NCBI GenBank assembly: GCA_963720465.1
Contig: OY970393.1
Coordinates: forward strand, 1,344,001-1,408,000
Source: Methanobacteriota archaeon
GTDB lineage: Archaea; Halobacteriota; Bog-38; Methanoflorentales; Methanoflorentaceae
Length of the DNA: 64,000 nt
Direction of reading: 5' to 3'
Position 1 is the first letter of the stretch. Every line of letters starts with the position of its first letter. The translations under genes and the position numbers were made by a program. Of the stretch, positions 40,181 to 50,863 are shown piece after piece. The notes beneath the pieces were generated by a model, which was not told the origin of the DNA, made no database searches, and worked only from the letters and a program-made list of their open reading frames with translations.

Positions 40181-40864
40181 ATGATTTCTGTCGTGATTCT
40201 AGCGCATAATGAGGCCGACGAGATAGGGGGATTGCTCGACGAGTTCAGTGCCTTTGAAGGCCTTGAGCTCATCATTGCCGAAGACGCGTCCACCGACCAC
40301 ACACCCGACATCGTACAAGAATTCGCGACTGACAACAGCAACGTGATACTCTCAAGCAGCCCGGTCTTGGCCGGTAAGGGTGCAGCGCTGCGACGCGGGC
40401 TTGCTTTGGCAACGGGAGACGTGCTCGGGTTCCTCGACGGCGACGCATCGATTCATCCTAATGACTTCATGCGCGTCGCAGCAACGATCGACCAGGGGGC
40501 CGATCTCGCTGTCGGGTCGCGAAAGCTGCGCGGGTCGGTCATTGCCATCCCGCAACCTCTCTCGAGACGGCTCTCAGGAGCCATGTACCGGACGCTCGTC
40601 CGCCTACTGCTCGACACAGCCATACGCGATTTTCAGTGCGGCTGCAAAGCGTTTCGGCGCGAGGTGTGGGACGCCATCACTATCACCTGCGATGGATTTG
40701 CGTTTGACGCGGAGTTAATCGCAAAAGCGCACCGAGAGGGGTTCAACATCGTCGAAGTGCCCATTACGTGGAGCAATAAGGCGAGCAGCAAGGTCAGCCT
40801 TACGCGCGATACACTGGCGATGTTGAGGTGTCTGCTGAAAACGCGCGCCGAGGTACGGGGGTGA
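40181..40864 (+). CDS. GT2 polyprenyl-phosphate glycosyltransferase
   Basis: EDASTD, GKGAAL, FLDGD, DFQCGCKAF and FAFDAEL. Confidence 0.88.
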   Translation: MISVVILAHNEADEIGGLLDEFSAFEGLELIIAEDASTDHTPDIVQEFATDNSNVILSSSPVLAGKGAALRRGLALATGDVLGFLDGDASIHPNDFMRVAATIDQGADLAVGSRKLRGSVIAIPQPLSRRLSGAMYRTLVRLLLDTAIRDFQCGCKAFRREVWDAITITCDGFAFDAELIAKAHREGFNIVEVPITWSNKASSKVSLTRDTLAMLRCLLKTRAEVRG

Positions 40865-40868
40865 GCGC

Positions 40869-42647
40869 TTGAACAAGAAGTACCTCGCTGCGCTGGTCGC
40901 AATCACTATTGTGCTGGTCGTTTTCAGGGTCGGATACTCGCTGTCCGTGTGGGGCGGTTCGGTCGACCCTGATCCGTGGAGGCTCATCGGCGATACCAAC
41001 AAGTACGTGGTAACCGGGCATTATGCCCCGTCTGCGACGCAATCGATGTACTACGGTGCCTATTCAATCGGCCTCGAAGCGCTGCTTGCGTCGCTCACCG
41101 TTTTTACCGGCATTAATCTCATCGTGCTCGCGCAGTACTTCTTGCAAATAGCGACGCCTATCGTCATGGTTGTTGTTGCTTACCTAATAACGTCGCGTTC
41201 AGGCCGATGCACGAGCTGGGCGATCCCAGTGATGATTCTTCTCATCGGCGTGTTCGAGGGCCTCACGCACCAACAGTCGCGCATGATCGAAGAAAATATC
41301 GGCTTCATCCTCTTTTGCGGCGCGCTGCTGTTCCTCTACCTGTACTACGTCGGACGAACCTCGCGCGCGTATACGTTTTCGATGCTCACAGTGATACTGC
41401 TCGCGACCATCTTCACCCACCACCTGAGCTTTTTAGTCATCGCGATACTCACGATGCCGTTCCTCGTATCCTCGCTGAAGTACGCGGCTCCCGTCTACAT
41501 CGCCGCTCTATTTGTGCCCTGGTGGAGCTATTACTACGTGCTTAACGGCTACAACGGCGTATATGTCGGTATCTTTTTTTACACGGCGGTAGGTCTTGCA
41601 GCGCTGTATGCAGTCTCTGTGCTGTGCTACGCTGTTTTTTGGCGTACGAAAGCGTCGCGTGCAGCCACCGCGCAATCACTAGCGCGCCTGCAGAACAGGC
41701 TCGTGGGACTTAATAATTACCGACAATCTGCCGCGGCGTTGACGATTGTGCTTGGAGCTGGAGCAGTCGTGTACGCCCTCGCAACGCGATTACAGTCAGG
41801 TTACCTACCTTTCTTTCTGCCTCTAGCTCCCCTCGTTGTTTATGCCGGTGCGCATTCAGTGTCTCCCCACAGCCACGAAGCCGATCAGGTGGATGTTGCC
41901 TATATACGGTACCTCTTTTTAAGTCTTATCTTGCTCGCGGCTGTGACAGCGCTCGCATTTTTTTTGCAGTTCTACGTGGGCACAACAAGCACGCTTCCTG
42001 CTTACCTCAGCTCAATCGAAGCGCTCGAGTCTCTAGATCTTGGCAGCCGTCTTCTCATTTGGGTTGCTTTTATCTATGGCATCACGGCCACCGTAGGCTT
42101 GATATTGGTATCACACGGGGTGCGGGTCAACAAAAGGTGGCTGGCTCCTTCCGTAGCTGCGATGCTCCTGATATTAGCGGCGGTGAACGTGACCGTTCTT
42201 GCGGTGAACTACGACACAACCTTCAACGTAACTGCGCCGCCCGACTCCCGGGTCACCGCCGCCGCTCTCTGGACCGTTGGAAAAGACCCTGACAACGCCA
42301 CGATGACCGACTATAGAGACGAGATGATTTACTGGTACTATACCGGCGCCTTGGTGATGCACACTCCGTACATTGAGCTGGAGAACTACACCGTGCTCAA
42401 CTTCGTCTATCCCGGATACCTGCAACAATGGAACGGCGCAGGTCACACTGGAATCAACTACCTGTTCCTCACAGCGACGCCGCCAAAGTACTACTTCGAG
42501 CACCTTGTGAACGGACAATGGAAGCTCAGCCCCCAAAACGCCACGCAATGGAGCGGGGGCATCGCAAAGATTGACAACCACGCCACAGAAGTTGACAAGA
42601 TCTACACTAATGGATATATATACTACTACAAGGTGGTCGGGGCGTGA
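40869..42647 (+). CDS. Multi-pass membrane protein (GT-C-like)
   Basis: DPDPW after TM1, FTHHLS, many TM helices and a C-terminal extracellular domain. Confidence 0.65.
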   Translation: MNKKYLAALVAITIVLVVFRVGYSLSVWGGSVDPDPWRLIGDTNKYVVTGHYAPSATQSMYYGAYSIGLEALLASLTVFTGINLIVLAQYFLQIATPIVMVVVAYLITSRSGRCTSWAIPVMILLIGVFEGLTHQQSRMIEENIGFILFCGALLFLYLYYVGRTSRAYTFSMLTVILLATIFTHHLSFLVIAILTMPFLVSSLKYAAPVYIAALFVPWWSYYYVLNGYNGVYVGIFFYTAVGLAALYAVSVLCYAVFWRTKASRAATAQSLARLQNRLVGLNNYRQSAAALTIVLGAGAVVYALATRLQSGYLPFFLPLAPLVVYAGAHSVSPHSHEADQVDVAYIRYLFLSLILLAAVTALAFFLQFYVGTTSTLPAYLSSIEALESLDLGSRLLIWVAFIYGITATVGLILVSHGVRVNKRWLAPSVAAMLLILAAVNVTVLAVNYDTTFNVTAPPDSRVTAAALWTVGKDPDNATMTDYRDEMIYWYYTGALVMHTPYIELENYTVLNFVYPGYLQQWNGAGHTGINYLFLTATPPKYYFEHLVNGQWKLSPQNATQWSGGIAKIDNHATEVDKIYTNGYIYYYKVVGA

Positions 42648-42764
42648 GGCAAGCGGCGTTCGCACTGGGGCAGGAGTCGTTCGTTACTCCTAAGCGTGCT
42701 AAATCCTTATGCCTCAAAGAGAGAGGTTAAGTACGACGTTCAACAACCGACACAATGTGAGACC

Positions 42765-43937
42765 ATGATTTATCTTGATCACGCCGCGACCACTCCGATG
42801 CGCCCTGAGATCCTCGACGTGATGCGCCCATACTTTTTAGAGCGCTTCGGAAACCCCTCGAGCCTCCACGCCTATGGGCTTGAGGCGCGCAAAGCGATCG
42901 AGGACGCGCGAGAACAGATAGCGCACGCGATTGGAGCCGCCCCGGCAGAGATCGTTTTTACGTCAGGGGGAACTGAATCGGACAACATGGCTTTGCGTGG
43001 AGTGCTACGCAAGCGCAGTGGCGACCATGTCATCACCTCCACGATCGAACATCCCGCGGTTCTCGAGACGTGCAAGTTTCTTGAGCAGCTTGGACACGAG
43101 GTGACTTACGTTTCTGTTGATGATGACGGCCGGATAAATCCCGGCGAAGTGGAAGAGGCGATTCGAGACAACACGCGACTCATATCAATAATGCATGCTA
43201 ACAACGAGATCGGCTCAATACAGCCCATAGCTGAGGTTGGAGCGATCGCCGCGTCACACGGCGTCTACATGCATACCGATGCCGTCCAGAGCGTCGGGAA
43301 GATTCCAGTGGACGTGGCCGCTCTCAATGTGGACATGCTCTCCGTGTCATCACACAAGATATACGGACCGAAAGGGGTCGGATGCCTCTACGTTCGGAAG
43401 GGCACCAAACTGAAACCGCTCATTTTCGGTGGCGGCCACGAGGGCGGCCTCAGAAGTGGCACCGAGAACGTGTCGGGTATTATTGGCTTTAGTGAGGCAA
43501 TGCGACTGGCGATGGAAGATTTCGCGGATAATGTCCGCATACAAAGACTCAGGGATCAGCTAATCGACGCCGTACTGCAAGAGATACCCGACACTCGGCT
43601 CAATGGTGGAAAGGAGTACCGTCTTCCGAACAACGCCAATTTCAGCTTCAGCTACATCGAGGGGGAGTCGCTAGTACTCCGCTTGAACGCAAAGGGGATT
43701 GCTGGATCCACTGGTTCCGCCTGCTCATCAAAGAAGCTTGAACCATCACACGTGCTGCTGGCGATCGGCCTGGACCCCGTTGATGCTCACGGCAGTCTGA
43801 GGCTCACCTTAGGGAGAGAAACAACGGAAGCAGATGTGCGATACGTAAACGAAGTCCTCCCCGAGATCGTTGATCAGCTGCGGCAGATGTCGCCTCTCTG
43901 TGCGTGCAACGATGACAGCTACGAGAAGTCCGAATAG
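42765..43937 (+). CDS. iscS: Cysteine desulfurase (NifS/IscS)
   Basis: YLDHAATT, FTSGGTESDN, SSHKIYGPKG and STGSACSS. Confidence 0.93.
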   Translation: MIYLDHAATTPMRPEILDVMRPYFLERFGNPSSLHAYGLEARKAIEDAREQIAHAIGAAPAEIVFTSGGTESDNMALRGVLRKRSGDHVITSTIEHPAVLETCKFLEQLGHEVTYVSVDDDGRINPGEVEEAIRDNTRLISIMHANNEIGSIQPIAEVGAIAASHGVYMHTDAVQSVGKIPVDVAALNVDMLSVSSHKIYGPKGVGCLYVRKGTKLKPLIFGGGHEGGLRSGTENVSGIIGFSEAMRLAMEDFADNVRIQRLRDQLIDAVLQEIPDTRLNGGKEYRLPNNANFSFSYIEGESLVLRLNAKGIAGSTGSACSSKKLEPSHVLLAIGLDPVDAHGSLRLTLGRETTEADVRYVNEVLPEIVDQLRQMSPLCACNDDSYEKSE

Positions 43938-44204
43938 TTACTGACGGAGCCACCCGCGACCCTGCTTCGTTGTCTGGCGACCTGCCTTATGTGGCACACA
44001 GTCGCACGCTGATGCTGATAGATCACGGTAAAGGGCCCGAAGCTCCAGTAGGTGCAGTCTTCAGGCCGGATCGCTCCAGGCTCTTTTTGCCGAAAAGACC
44101 TCCGGTTTCCCCGGCGGCCCCGATGAAAGGCTCTTATGGGAAGAATGACAATCTTTCAGTTGACAGAAATGTAACGGCGCTCAGCGTCGAGCTTCCGGGG
44201 ATCT

Positions 44205-45296
44205 ATGCCGAATAGCAGCGCGTCTATCGTAATCCCTACCTACAATGAGCGGGAAAACGTCCCCCAACTTCTGGAACGAATCCATCGTTCTATGGGATCA
44301 TTGGGGGATCCTTTTGAGATCGTCATTGTTGACGATGACAGCCCTGACGAAACGTGGAAAGTTGCATCACAGCAGTCAAACGGTGATCAGGTGCGGGTCA
44401 TACGAAGACAGGGCGAGAGAGGGCTCGCTACCGCCGTGCTGACAGGGATTCAAGCAGCGAATTATGACGTAGTAGTCGTCATGGACGCTGACTTACAACA
44501 TCCTCCCGAAAAGATACCAGAACTAGTTTCGCTCGTGCAAAATGGAGCGGATATTGCGATCGGAAGTCGATTTGCTGAGCAAAGCGCTTTGGAAGGTTTC
44601 AGCTTCTCAAGACATTTACTATCTAAAGGTGCAGACCTTCTTGCCCGAACGCTTTTCAGAGAGATACGCAGCATCAAGGACCCCGAGTCCGGGTTTTTCG
44701 CCTTCAAAAAGAACGTCATTGCCCACGCAAACCTTAGCCCGGTAGGCTATAAGATACTGCTTGAGATACTTGTTCAAGGAGAGTATAAGACGGTCTCAGA
44801 GGTCGGCTATACGTTTGACAAGCGGGGGGGTGGAGTGAGCAAACTCGGAGCGAAAAACGCAGTCGATTATCTCCATCATACGTCGAGTCTTTTTTTGCGA
44901 TCCGGAGAGTTCCATCGTTTCTGGAAATTTGTCGCCGTGGGCGCAGTTGGCGTTATTTTGAATTTGACGGTACTATATGCGTTTACTGAACTCGGGGTTT
45001 TCTATCTGCTATCGGGAGTCTTTGCCATAGAAGCAGGTCTATTGTCAAACTTCGTTTTGAACAGGTCGTGGACATTCAGAGACAGAGTCACAAGCGGGCT
45101 TCGATACACACTCACGGCCCTTTATAGAGATCATGCCGTGCGGTTTGTAGGGATCGTGCTGAACCTACTGACCTTGTGGCTATTGACGAGTCTATTTGGT
45201 CTATATTATCTAACGTCGCAACTCATCGGAATAGGCGTAGCGGTATTGTGGAACTATAGCGGAAATCAGTGGTGGACCTGGGAGCCGACGTTATAA
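44205..45296 (+). CDS. Dolichol-phosphate mannosyltransferase-like GT2 fused to a GtrA domain
   Basis: IPTYNE, VDDDSPD and MDADLQHPP; C-terminal KFVAVG...NFVLNRSWTF. Confidence 0.9.
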   Translation: MPNSSASIVIPTYNERENVPQLLERIHRSMGSLGDPFEIVIVDDDSPDETWKVASQQSNGDQVRVIRRQGERGLATAVLTGIQAANYDVVVVMDADLQHPPEKIPELVSLVQNGADIAIGSRFAEQSALEGFSFSRHLLSKGADLLARTLFREIRSIKDPESGFFAFKKNVIAHANLSPVGYKILLEILVQGEYKTVSEVGYTFDKRGGGVSKLGAKNAVDYLHHTSSLFLRSGEFHRFWKFVAVGAVGVILNLTVLYAFTELGVFYLLSGVFAIEAGLLSNFVLNRSWTFRDRVTSGLRYTLTALYRDHAVRFVGIVLNLLTLWLLTSLFGLYYLTSQLIGIGVAVLWNYSGNQWWTWEPTL

Positions 45297-45335
45297 TCTT
45301 GTCAAGCTCACTCGACTCGCCACAAGGCTGGAGCT

Positions 45336-45677
45336 TTAATCGCCCTGCACGAACGCCTCTCGGACTATCGCTTTCACCTCGTCAAGAACCTCTATGGCTT
45401 CTTCAGTCGATTGGACGCGATGAACGTCAACCCTGCCATTTCTGTATAAAGTGACACCGCGTCCTGCGTAGAAGAGCCGCGCCACGCCGAGTTTTTCAGC
45501 GCATTTGCCCGTATCACGCAGAATCCGACATAGTATTTCCATTGAAAACGGCTTGTCGAACGTGCCTTCAACTAAGATGCCGCCTCCCTTGCATGGTCTC
45601 ACTGAATGTGCGCCGTACTTTTCTTCTGGCATAGCGGCTTTAATGATGCGTTTCGGGTCTTTCTCGCTCCGATTCAT
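45336..45677 (-). CDS. Hypothetical protein with a TBP-like alpha/beta pattern
   Basis: RPCKGG...KCAEKLG...VTLYRNGRVDVHRVQSTEEA. Confidence 0.55.
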   Translation of the reverse strand: MNRSEKDPKRIIKAAMPEEKYGAHSVRPCKGGGILVEGTFDKPFSMEILCRILRDTGKCAEKLGVARLFYAGRGVTLYRNGRVDVHRVQSTEEAIEVLDEVKAIVREAFVQGD

Positions 45678-46291
45678 GAACTCAAAGCTACTTATCACGT
45701 TCGGAGAATGACCTGCAGTTAGTTTGGCTCGTTGTGGTCTTTCTGACTGCGCTTCATCCTGTTGATGCAGCTCGACGTAGCAAAAAAGCGAGTCGCTTGG
45801 CGACACCGTCTCGAATATGAAAACAAGGGCGGGAAAGTCTGTTCCACCAACAAAAACACACGAGCCAACAAGCTTTGAGGCTCGGCGACGATGGCAGCGG
45901 CGTTAGTGTGCCCCCGCAGCGCTAGAACTGTACTACACGCCCGAAGAGCTTGAATCATTTCTCACCTTCCGGCTGGCCGCGCTGTCACGCTACTCGCTTG
46001 GCTGACCGCGCCGTGCCGCTGCAGCATTCTGGGAATCCACACAAGGGAGCTAGCGCGTTCGTAAAAACGGGAAAAGACGGTCTGAAAAGGGACACTCTGA
46101 CAGGGCGAATCACGCCTTAAGGATCACAATATGAAGCAACTCATACCCCGAAACCCCGTTGATATTTCATCACACCTCCTAAATAACTGCAACTCTAAGT
46201 TAAGTGGAAAATGCAACGCGGAGCCCTTGCCAACCTCGACGATAAATTCTTCGGAAGTGCGGACAGTTGGTGACTCTTATTGGGCTTTGCC

Positions 46292-47581
46292 TTATTGTAT
46301 AATCACATTGGCTTGGGCGTGCGGATCCGATGGCTCATTCGAAGCATTCATCCGCTTCAAGGAGACCACCGCCAAGACTACAAGCAGGACTAACAGGATG
46401 TCGCGGGCCACGAGGATAGTCACCGCGGTGGCTTGAAAATTCTGCAGCTCAGAGTAATGCAAGGGAAAAATATCGTAGGTGAGTCCACCGATGAGAACAA
46501 AAGTCGCTAAAATCGGTATGCGCCATCGGCCGCATATTAGCGGAAAAATGGGCACTAGCCAAACGAAATACTGCGGCGAAAGGATTTTGCTGGTGGCCAT
46601 CGTGATCGCTAGCGTCAGTAAGGCATAAAGACCGAGACGGGTAAATTGGCTTTTGCCCGGTTTCACTTGTCGGTAGATAAACCAGTAAACTATCAGCAAA
46701 CTGACCACCATAATGTAGGGTGAGAATTTAGCAAGAACCGTGGCCGCCGGGTTTACGATATTCAGCGAACCGAACGAGTACTCTGCTCTAACTGTGGTGA
46801 AGCCCGACTTAGCCAGAACGATTACAATTGCGCTATACGTGCTTTCTATCTGAACTCCTCTCTGGCTATGATAGCTTACCAAATTCAGGATGCTGCCAGA
46901 TCCCAGAATAATAAAAGGCAGGATCGTGATCATGCAAACGGCGAGAAAGGTGATCGCCCCATCGCGGATTTGTTTGAGTTGACGGTTTTTGAAATAGATG
47001 AGCAAAAAGATAGGTGCAATCGCTATCGGGTATATCTTAGTCAGTGTACCCAAGGCTAACACGGCCCAGCTGGCATTATGCTTCCCAAGCCAGAAGAGAT
47101 AGATAGCTGCGAGCGTCATGACGGCCGGGATGATGTCAAACGTTTGAATGATGATCGGCCCAACCGCCAACACGGCCAGGGTATAAATCGACAGTGCTTT
47201 CCAAGGGGCCTCTCCTAACCGACGTGCGATATCAAATATCAGAAGGAGTCCGATAATATCGAAAACCAGGAGTTCGAACTGGAAAATCTTGGTATAGAGC
47301 GCATCAGAAGAAGTTATTATTCTGGGTAAACCAAAAAAGATCAGAGACAATGGAGGATATTCGAGGGTAAAATCGCGGTACGGCAACAAACCGCTTGCGA
47401 GTTTTGAGGCGTCCGCAAAATATACGCTAATATCCGTGTTCGTGGTCAAATAAAGGTGAAATAAGAACCCAAAAATAAAACCGTGAATCAGAATAAAAAG
47501 CGCGAGAGTGAGTCCCCCTCCAGATACCAGAAATTTTCTGAAGTGATTGATCGCCCCGTTTAAGCTTGGTGGAGTTTTCAT
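46292..47581 (-). CDS. Glycosyltransferase family 87 (DUF2029) membrane protein
   Basis: LPYRDFTLEYPP, FDIIPA, TKIYP, RGVQIES and SPQYFVWL. Confidence 0.88.
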   Translation of the reverse strand: MKTPPSLNGAINHFRKFLVSGGGLTLALFILIHGFIFGFLFHLYLTTNTDISVYFADASKLASGLLPYRDFTLEYPPLSLIFFGLPRIITSSDALYTKIFQFELLVFDIIGLLLIFDIARRLGEAPWKALSIYTLAVLAVGPIIIQTFDIIPAVMTLAAIYLFWLGKHNASWAVLALGTLTKIYPIAIAPIFLLIYFKNRQLKQIRDGAITFLAVCMITILPFIILGSGSILNLVSYHSQRGVQIESTYSAIVIVLAKSGFTTVRAEYSFGSLNIVNPAATVLAKFSPYIMVVSLLIVYWFIYRQVKPGKSQFTRLGLYALLTLAITMATSKILSPQYFVWLVPIFPLICGRWRIPILATFVLIGGLTYDIFPLHYSELQNFQATAVTILVARDILLVLLVVLAVVSLKRMNASNEPSDPHAQANVIIQ

Positions 47582-47823
47582 TGTACAAGAAGATCGGGCC
47601 GGACCTTGCTCAAATACTCAACAACGAAGCCCGCCTTGCCGACCGCCACGATCGGATTTAATATCAGAACCGGGATCAGGTAGACGAGCCCCCTTCCATC
47701 GTGCCCGTGGAAGGCAAGGACCGTTTTGCATAACGTGCCGAAGAAACCCCGAACGGCGCGCGCTTTGTCACCATCGAGTCGCTCTGCGGTCGTAATCACG
47801 ATCTGAGATGTTTCAATCCTCAT
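47578..47823 (-). pseudogene. Truncated Cas6b-like N-terminal fragment
   Basis: ARAVRGFFG...AFHGHDGRGLVY resembles the Cas6b N-terminal LRGFFG...FHNH...IY.YP pattern; no G-rich C-terminal loop. Confidence 0.5.
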
Positions 47824-48190
47824 TAAAGGCCCCCGAACATCAAACAATGTAAGAAAATGAGGATCGTATTAAAAGGTTGTTAATTGAGTGGTCCGAGGCG
47901 CTCATATTCGTTTGTTCACAGTTGTAAGGGACTACAAATATTTCAGCGCTCACTCGTGCCTCGGAGTATTTAACAGATAGCAAGATTGGGGTACGACTCC
48001 GCTGTTCAAAGACCCTCACACCGACTTCGAGATGACCCTTTTTCGTGGCGACCGCGCAATAATCAAAGGTACGCGCGACCCTGAGGCTGCCAAGAGCATC
48101 TACGCTCGATACGATGCCAGGTAAGGACGATTCCTCTACGTGCCGGAGAGCCCCACTGTGATTTGCGCATTTCGCATTTTTCCGGGCTTA

Positions 48191-49153
48191 CTAGAAGCCC
48201 CCTTGCAATCCGCACTCGTAGTGTGGCGGGGCCGTATGCACATCATTAATGAGCGATACGTCGAATATCTCCGTCTCGCTCATTCGCCTCGAGATGTATC
48301 CGAGCGCTTCAAGCGCGTTCACGAACTTCATCGTCGATGAAACGTATTCCGGAGGCAAAGAAGCGCAATACTTTGGAGAGATCTGATACGCTTCCCCCAC
48401 AAAGGCTGCATCCACAACCCCTGTCGTTCGAGCAACGATGCGCGCGCATTTGCCCGGGTGATGTCTGATCATCTCACACGCCACCTCGTGAGCGACGAGA
48501 AACCTTCGAAGAACCTCCTCATGACGAACCAAATCGTCTCTCATTGCCACAATTCCGTAGCTTGGGTTAAAGGGCCATAATCGTGCGGGGGGCATTATCG
48601 TGTGTGCCCCATAGTACCTCCGAGCTGCTACGGCGAGGGCAGGCGTGCCTGCAGCAGCTGCTATTTCAGCTTCCACGAGCGCATCAGGAAGAAAATCCGC
48701 CCAAGCATAATTGCTCACACGGACATCCTCGAGACGGTACTCTTTCAACAATTCGTTGACAATGACATCGTGAATCGAGCCCCGCGGTGGACAGCCTATG
48801 GCTCTCCCCGAAAACTGGCCGAGGAACGCTTGCATGCTCCTGCACTGATCAACCGTCCTTACATCTTCTCCCGCGACCATCAAAGTTCCTTCAATGTGCC
48901 CTCCAGCGATGCATATGAGCCCTGTACCTTTGTCAACGGCAATGATCGCCGGTGGAAGCCCGACGTAGCCGATGTCGAGGTGTCCATCGCGCATGGCGTT
49001 CACAAGATCGGGGCCCGATGGGAAAAGCGTCCACTCGGCCTCAACGTCATTATTCTTCAGAAGGGCTGTACCCATGAGGAGGAACGACGTATGGTACAGA
49101 GTGGGAAGATGCCCGATTCTTAGTGGGAGATGATTAGCTTCCTTCGTCAACAC
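48191..49153 (-). CDS. NMT1/TauA-family substrate-binding protein (orphan)
   Basis: LRIGHL, FPSGPDLV, LDIGYVGLPPA and GSIHDVI; no permease or ATPase nearby. Confidence 0.82.
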   Translation of the reverse strand: MLTKEANHLPLRIGHLPTLYHTSFLLMGTALLKNNDVEAEWTLFPSGPDLVNAMRDGHLDIGYVGLPPAIIAVDKGTGLICIAGGHIEGTLMVAGEDVRTVDQCRSMQAFLGQFSGRAIGCPPRGSIHDVIVNELLKEYRLEDVRVSNYAWADFLPDALVEAEIAAAAGTPALAVAARRYYGAHTIMPPARLWPFNPSYGIVAMRDDLVRHEEVLRRFLVAHEVACEMIRHHPGKCARIVARTTGVVDAAFVGEAYQISPKYCASLPPEYVSSTMKFVNALEALGYISRRMSETEIFDVSLINDVHTAPPHYECGLQGGF

Positions 49154-49297
49154 CGTCTCCGCTTTGGCTTCATCGCATTTTTTAAGACGTTCTTGCTCAC
49201 ATTTACGCCTTTGGTCACAATTATTGGGCGATCAGCGGTACAATTACGAAATTTTAGCGTCGAGCAATACGGAAAGCATTGGATACCAAACCGTAGT

Positions 49298-49618
49298 ATG
49301 AGCGACGAGCAAGTTACCCGCGAACTGATTTGCGAAGAAGGGGCTCTTCGGTGCTTTGAATATCGTATCATCCGCTTCAAGCGTCCTTTTTTAGAGACAA
49401 CAGATCTCACTCTAGTCTCCGTGAAAAATGCGGGTGAAGCCAAGCGAATCAATGGCATCTCATCCATGATAATGGTTAGCGAAACTAGGCATCTTAGCGA
49501 AGAGCAATCCAGATTTTTTTCCACTGACCGCGTGCAGGTCGCGAATGCAGATTATCTGGAAAAGGATACTCGAATTCCTGTGATTCTTATCCCTGCCCAG
49601 CATATTCCTTCTTCCTAA
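49298..49618 (+). CDS. Hypothetical protein
   Basis: 106-aa ORF from ATG 49298. Confidence 0.5.
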   Translation: MSDEQVTRELICEEGALRCFEYRIIRFKRPFLETTDLTLVSVKNAGEAKRINGISSMIMVSETRHLSEEQSRFFSTDRVQVANADYLEKDTRIPVILIPAQHIPSS

Positions 49619-49688
49619 TGCCTCAAACCGTCCGATTAGAGGACATACGGATTTTGTAGTAGCGAATCCGACGCTCAAAAAGCCCCTG

Positions 49689-50553
49689 TTAACGCTCACG
49701 CGTAGGCTCGTCTCTTGCGGAAATCAGCGAAATATCCATGCTGCCTGATCGAAACCACTCGAGATCCAAAGTGACGTAGATAAACCCAAGCTCCAAGAGC
49801 TTATCGGCTATAGCAGAGGAGTGCGTAAGGACCTTTCCGGCCTCCTCCCTGTCGACTTCAATGCGAGCGAAGTGATCATGATCCTCTAATTTTCACGTGC
49901 GTGATGCCGATCGCCTTTAACGCACGTTCAGCTTCTCTAAGCCTTTCAATTCTCTCGCCGGTTATGATCGTGCCGTAAGGAAATGAGGTGAAGAGACAAG
50001 CTGCGGACGGCGCATCTGCGTTCGATAAGCCGAGTCTGCGCGCGACGCTTCTCACTTCATCTTTAGTGAGATCCAGCAACGGCGAAACGACGCCGAGTTC
50101 TCGCAGAGCTTTCAAACCTGGTCTGGAGCCATTAAGATCAGAGGCGTTCGTGCCGTCCATGACCGCAGTGAAGTGTAGTTCCTCAGCCAGGTCGCGCAGC
50201 GCGCTAAAGATCAACTTCTTGCAGTAGTAACATCGTTCAGGATCGTTCTGCTTCACTTCGGGTACAGTCAACGGATTGAGGGCAATCACGATGTGGCGAA
50301 TGCCGATCTCGTTGGCGATCGCAGCCGCGTGCTCAATCTCGCCGTGATGAAGCGCACCGTTATCTACCGTTACAGCCACTGTTGCATCCCCAAAAGCCCG
50401 TTTGGCAAGCGCTGCAACGACCGAGCTATCAGCTCCGCCTGAAAAGGCTATCACTGCGCTGCTATGCGAGCGCATGTATGCTACGACCCTATCAAGTTCA
50501 GTATCTTGATGGCAGTAATTTCCCGCTGTTTCTATGGTGAGTCGGATCGACAT
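49689..50553 (-). pseudogene. larE: LarE-like PP-loop sulfur transferase with a +1 frameshift near 49884
   Basis: AFSGGADSS, RCYYCK and DGTNASD..RPG. The C-terminus ARIEV...GFIYVTLDLEWFRSGSMD is in another frame. Confidence 0.85.
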
Positions 50554-50863
50554 TGTCTGGTTGCACTCGACATGATTTTGATATAATGCTACAGATGATA
50601 ACAATTCTTGTAAAGAACCTAGCATATATGTATTCCAACGCACGAGTACCTTTTTACGATTTAAGCGGACGTGAGTCGAAGGCCAGCCAACATCCTCACC
50701 GTGGCGATGACGGTAATCAGTGTGACAGGCAACTGCACAACCTCCGCGTAAGCCTATGGCTCCTCGACTTACGGTGCACAACGAAGAGGCGAGAGAACAG
50801 GGGCAACTTGCACGCGTTATTGCAGCGGGCGGCTGGTCAACGGCATAAATGAGGGCACAAACG

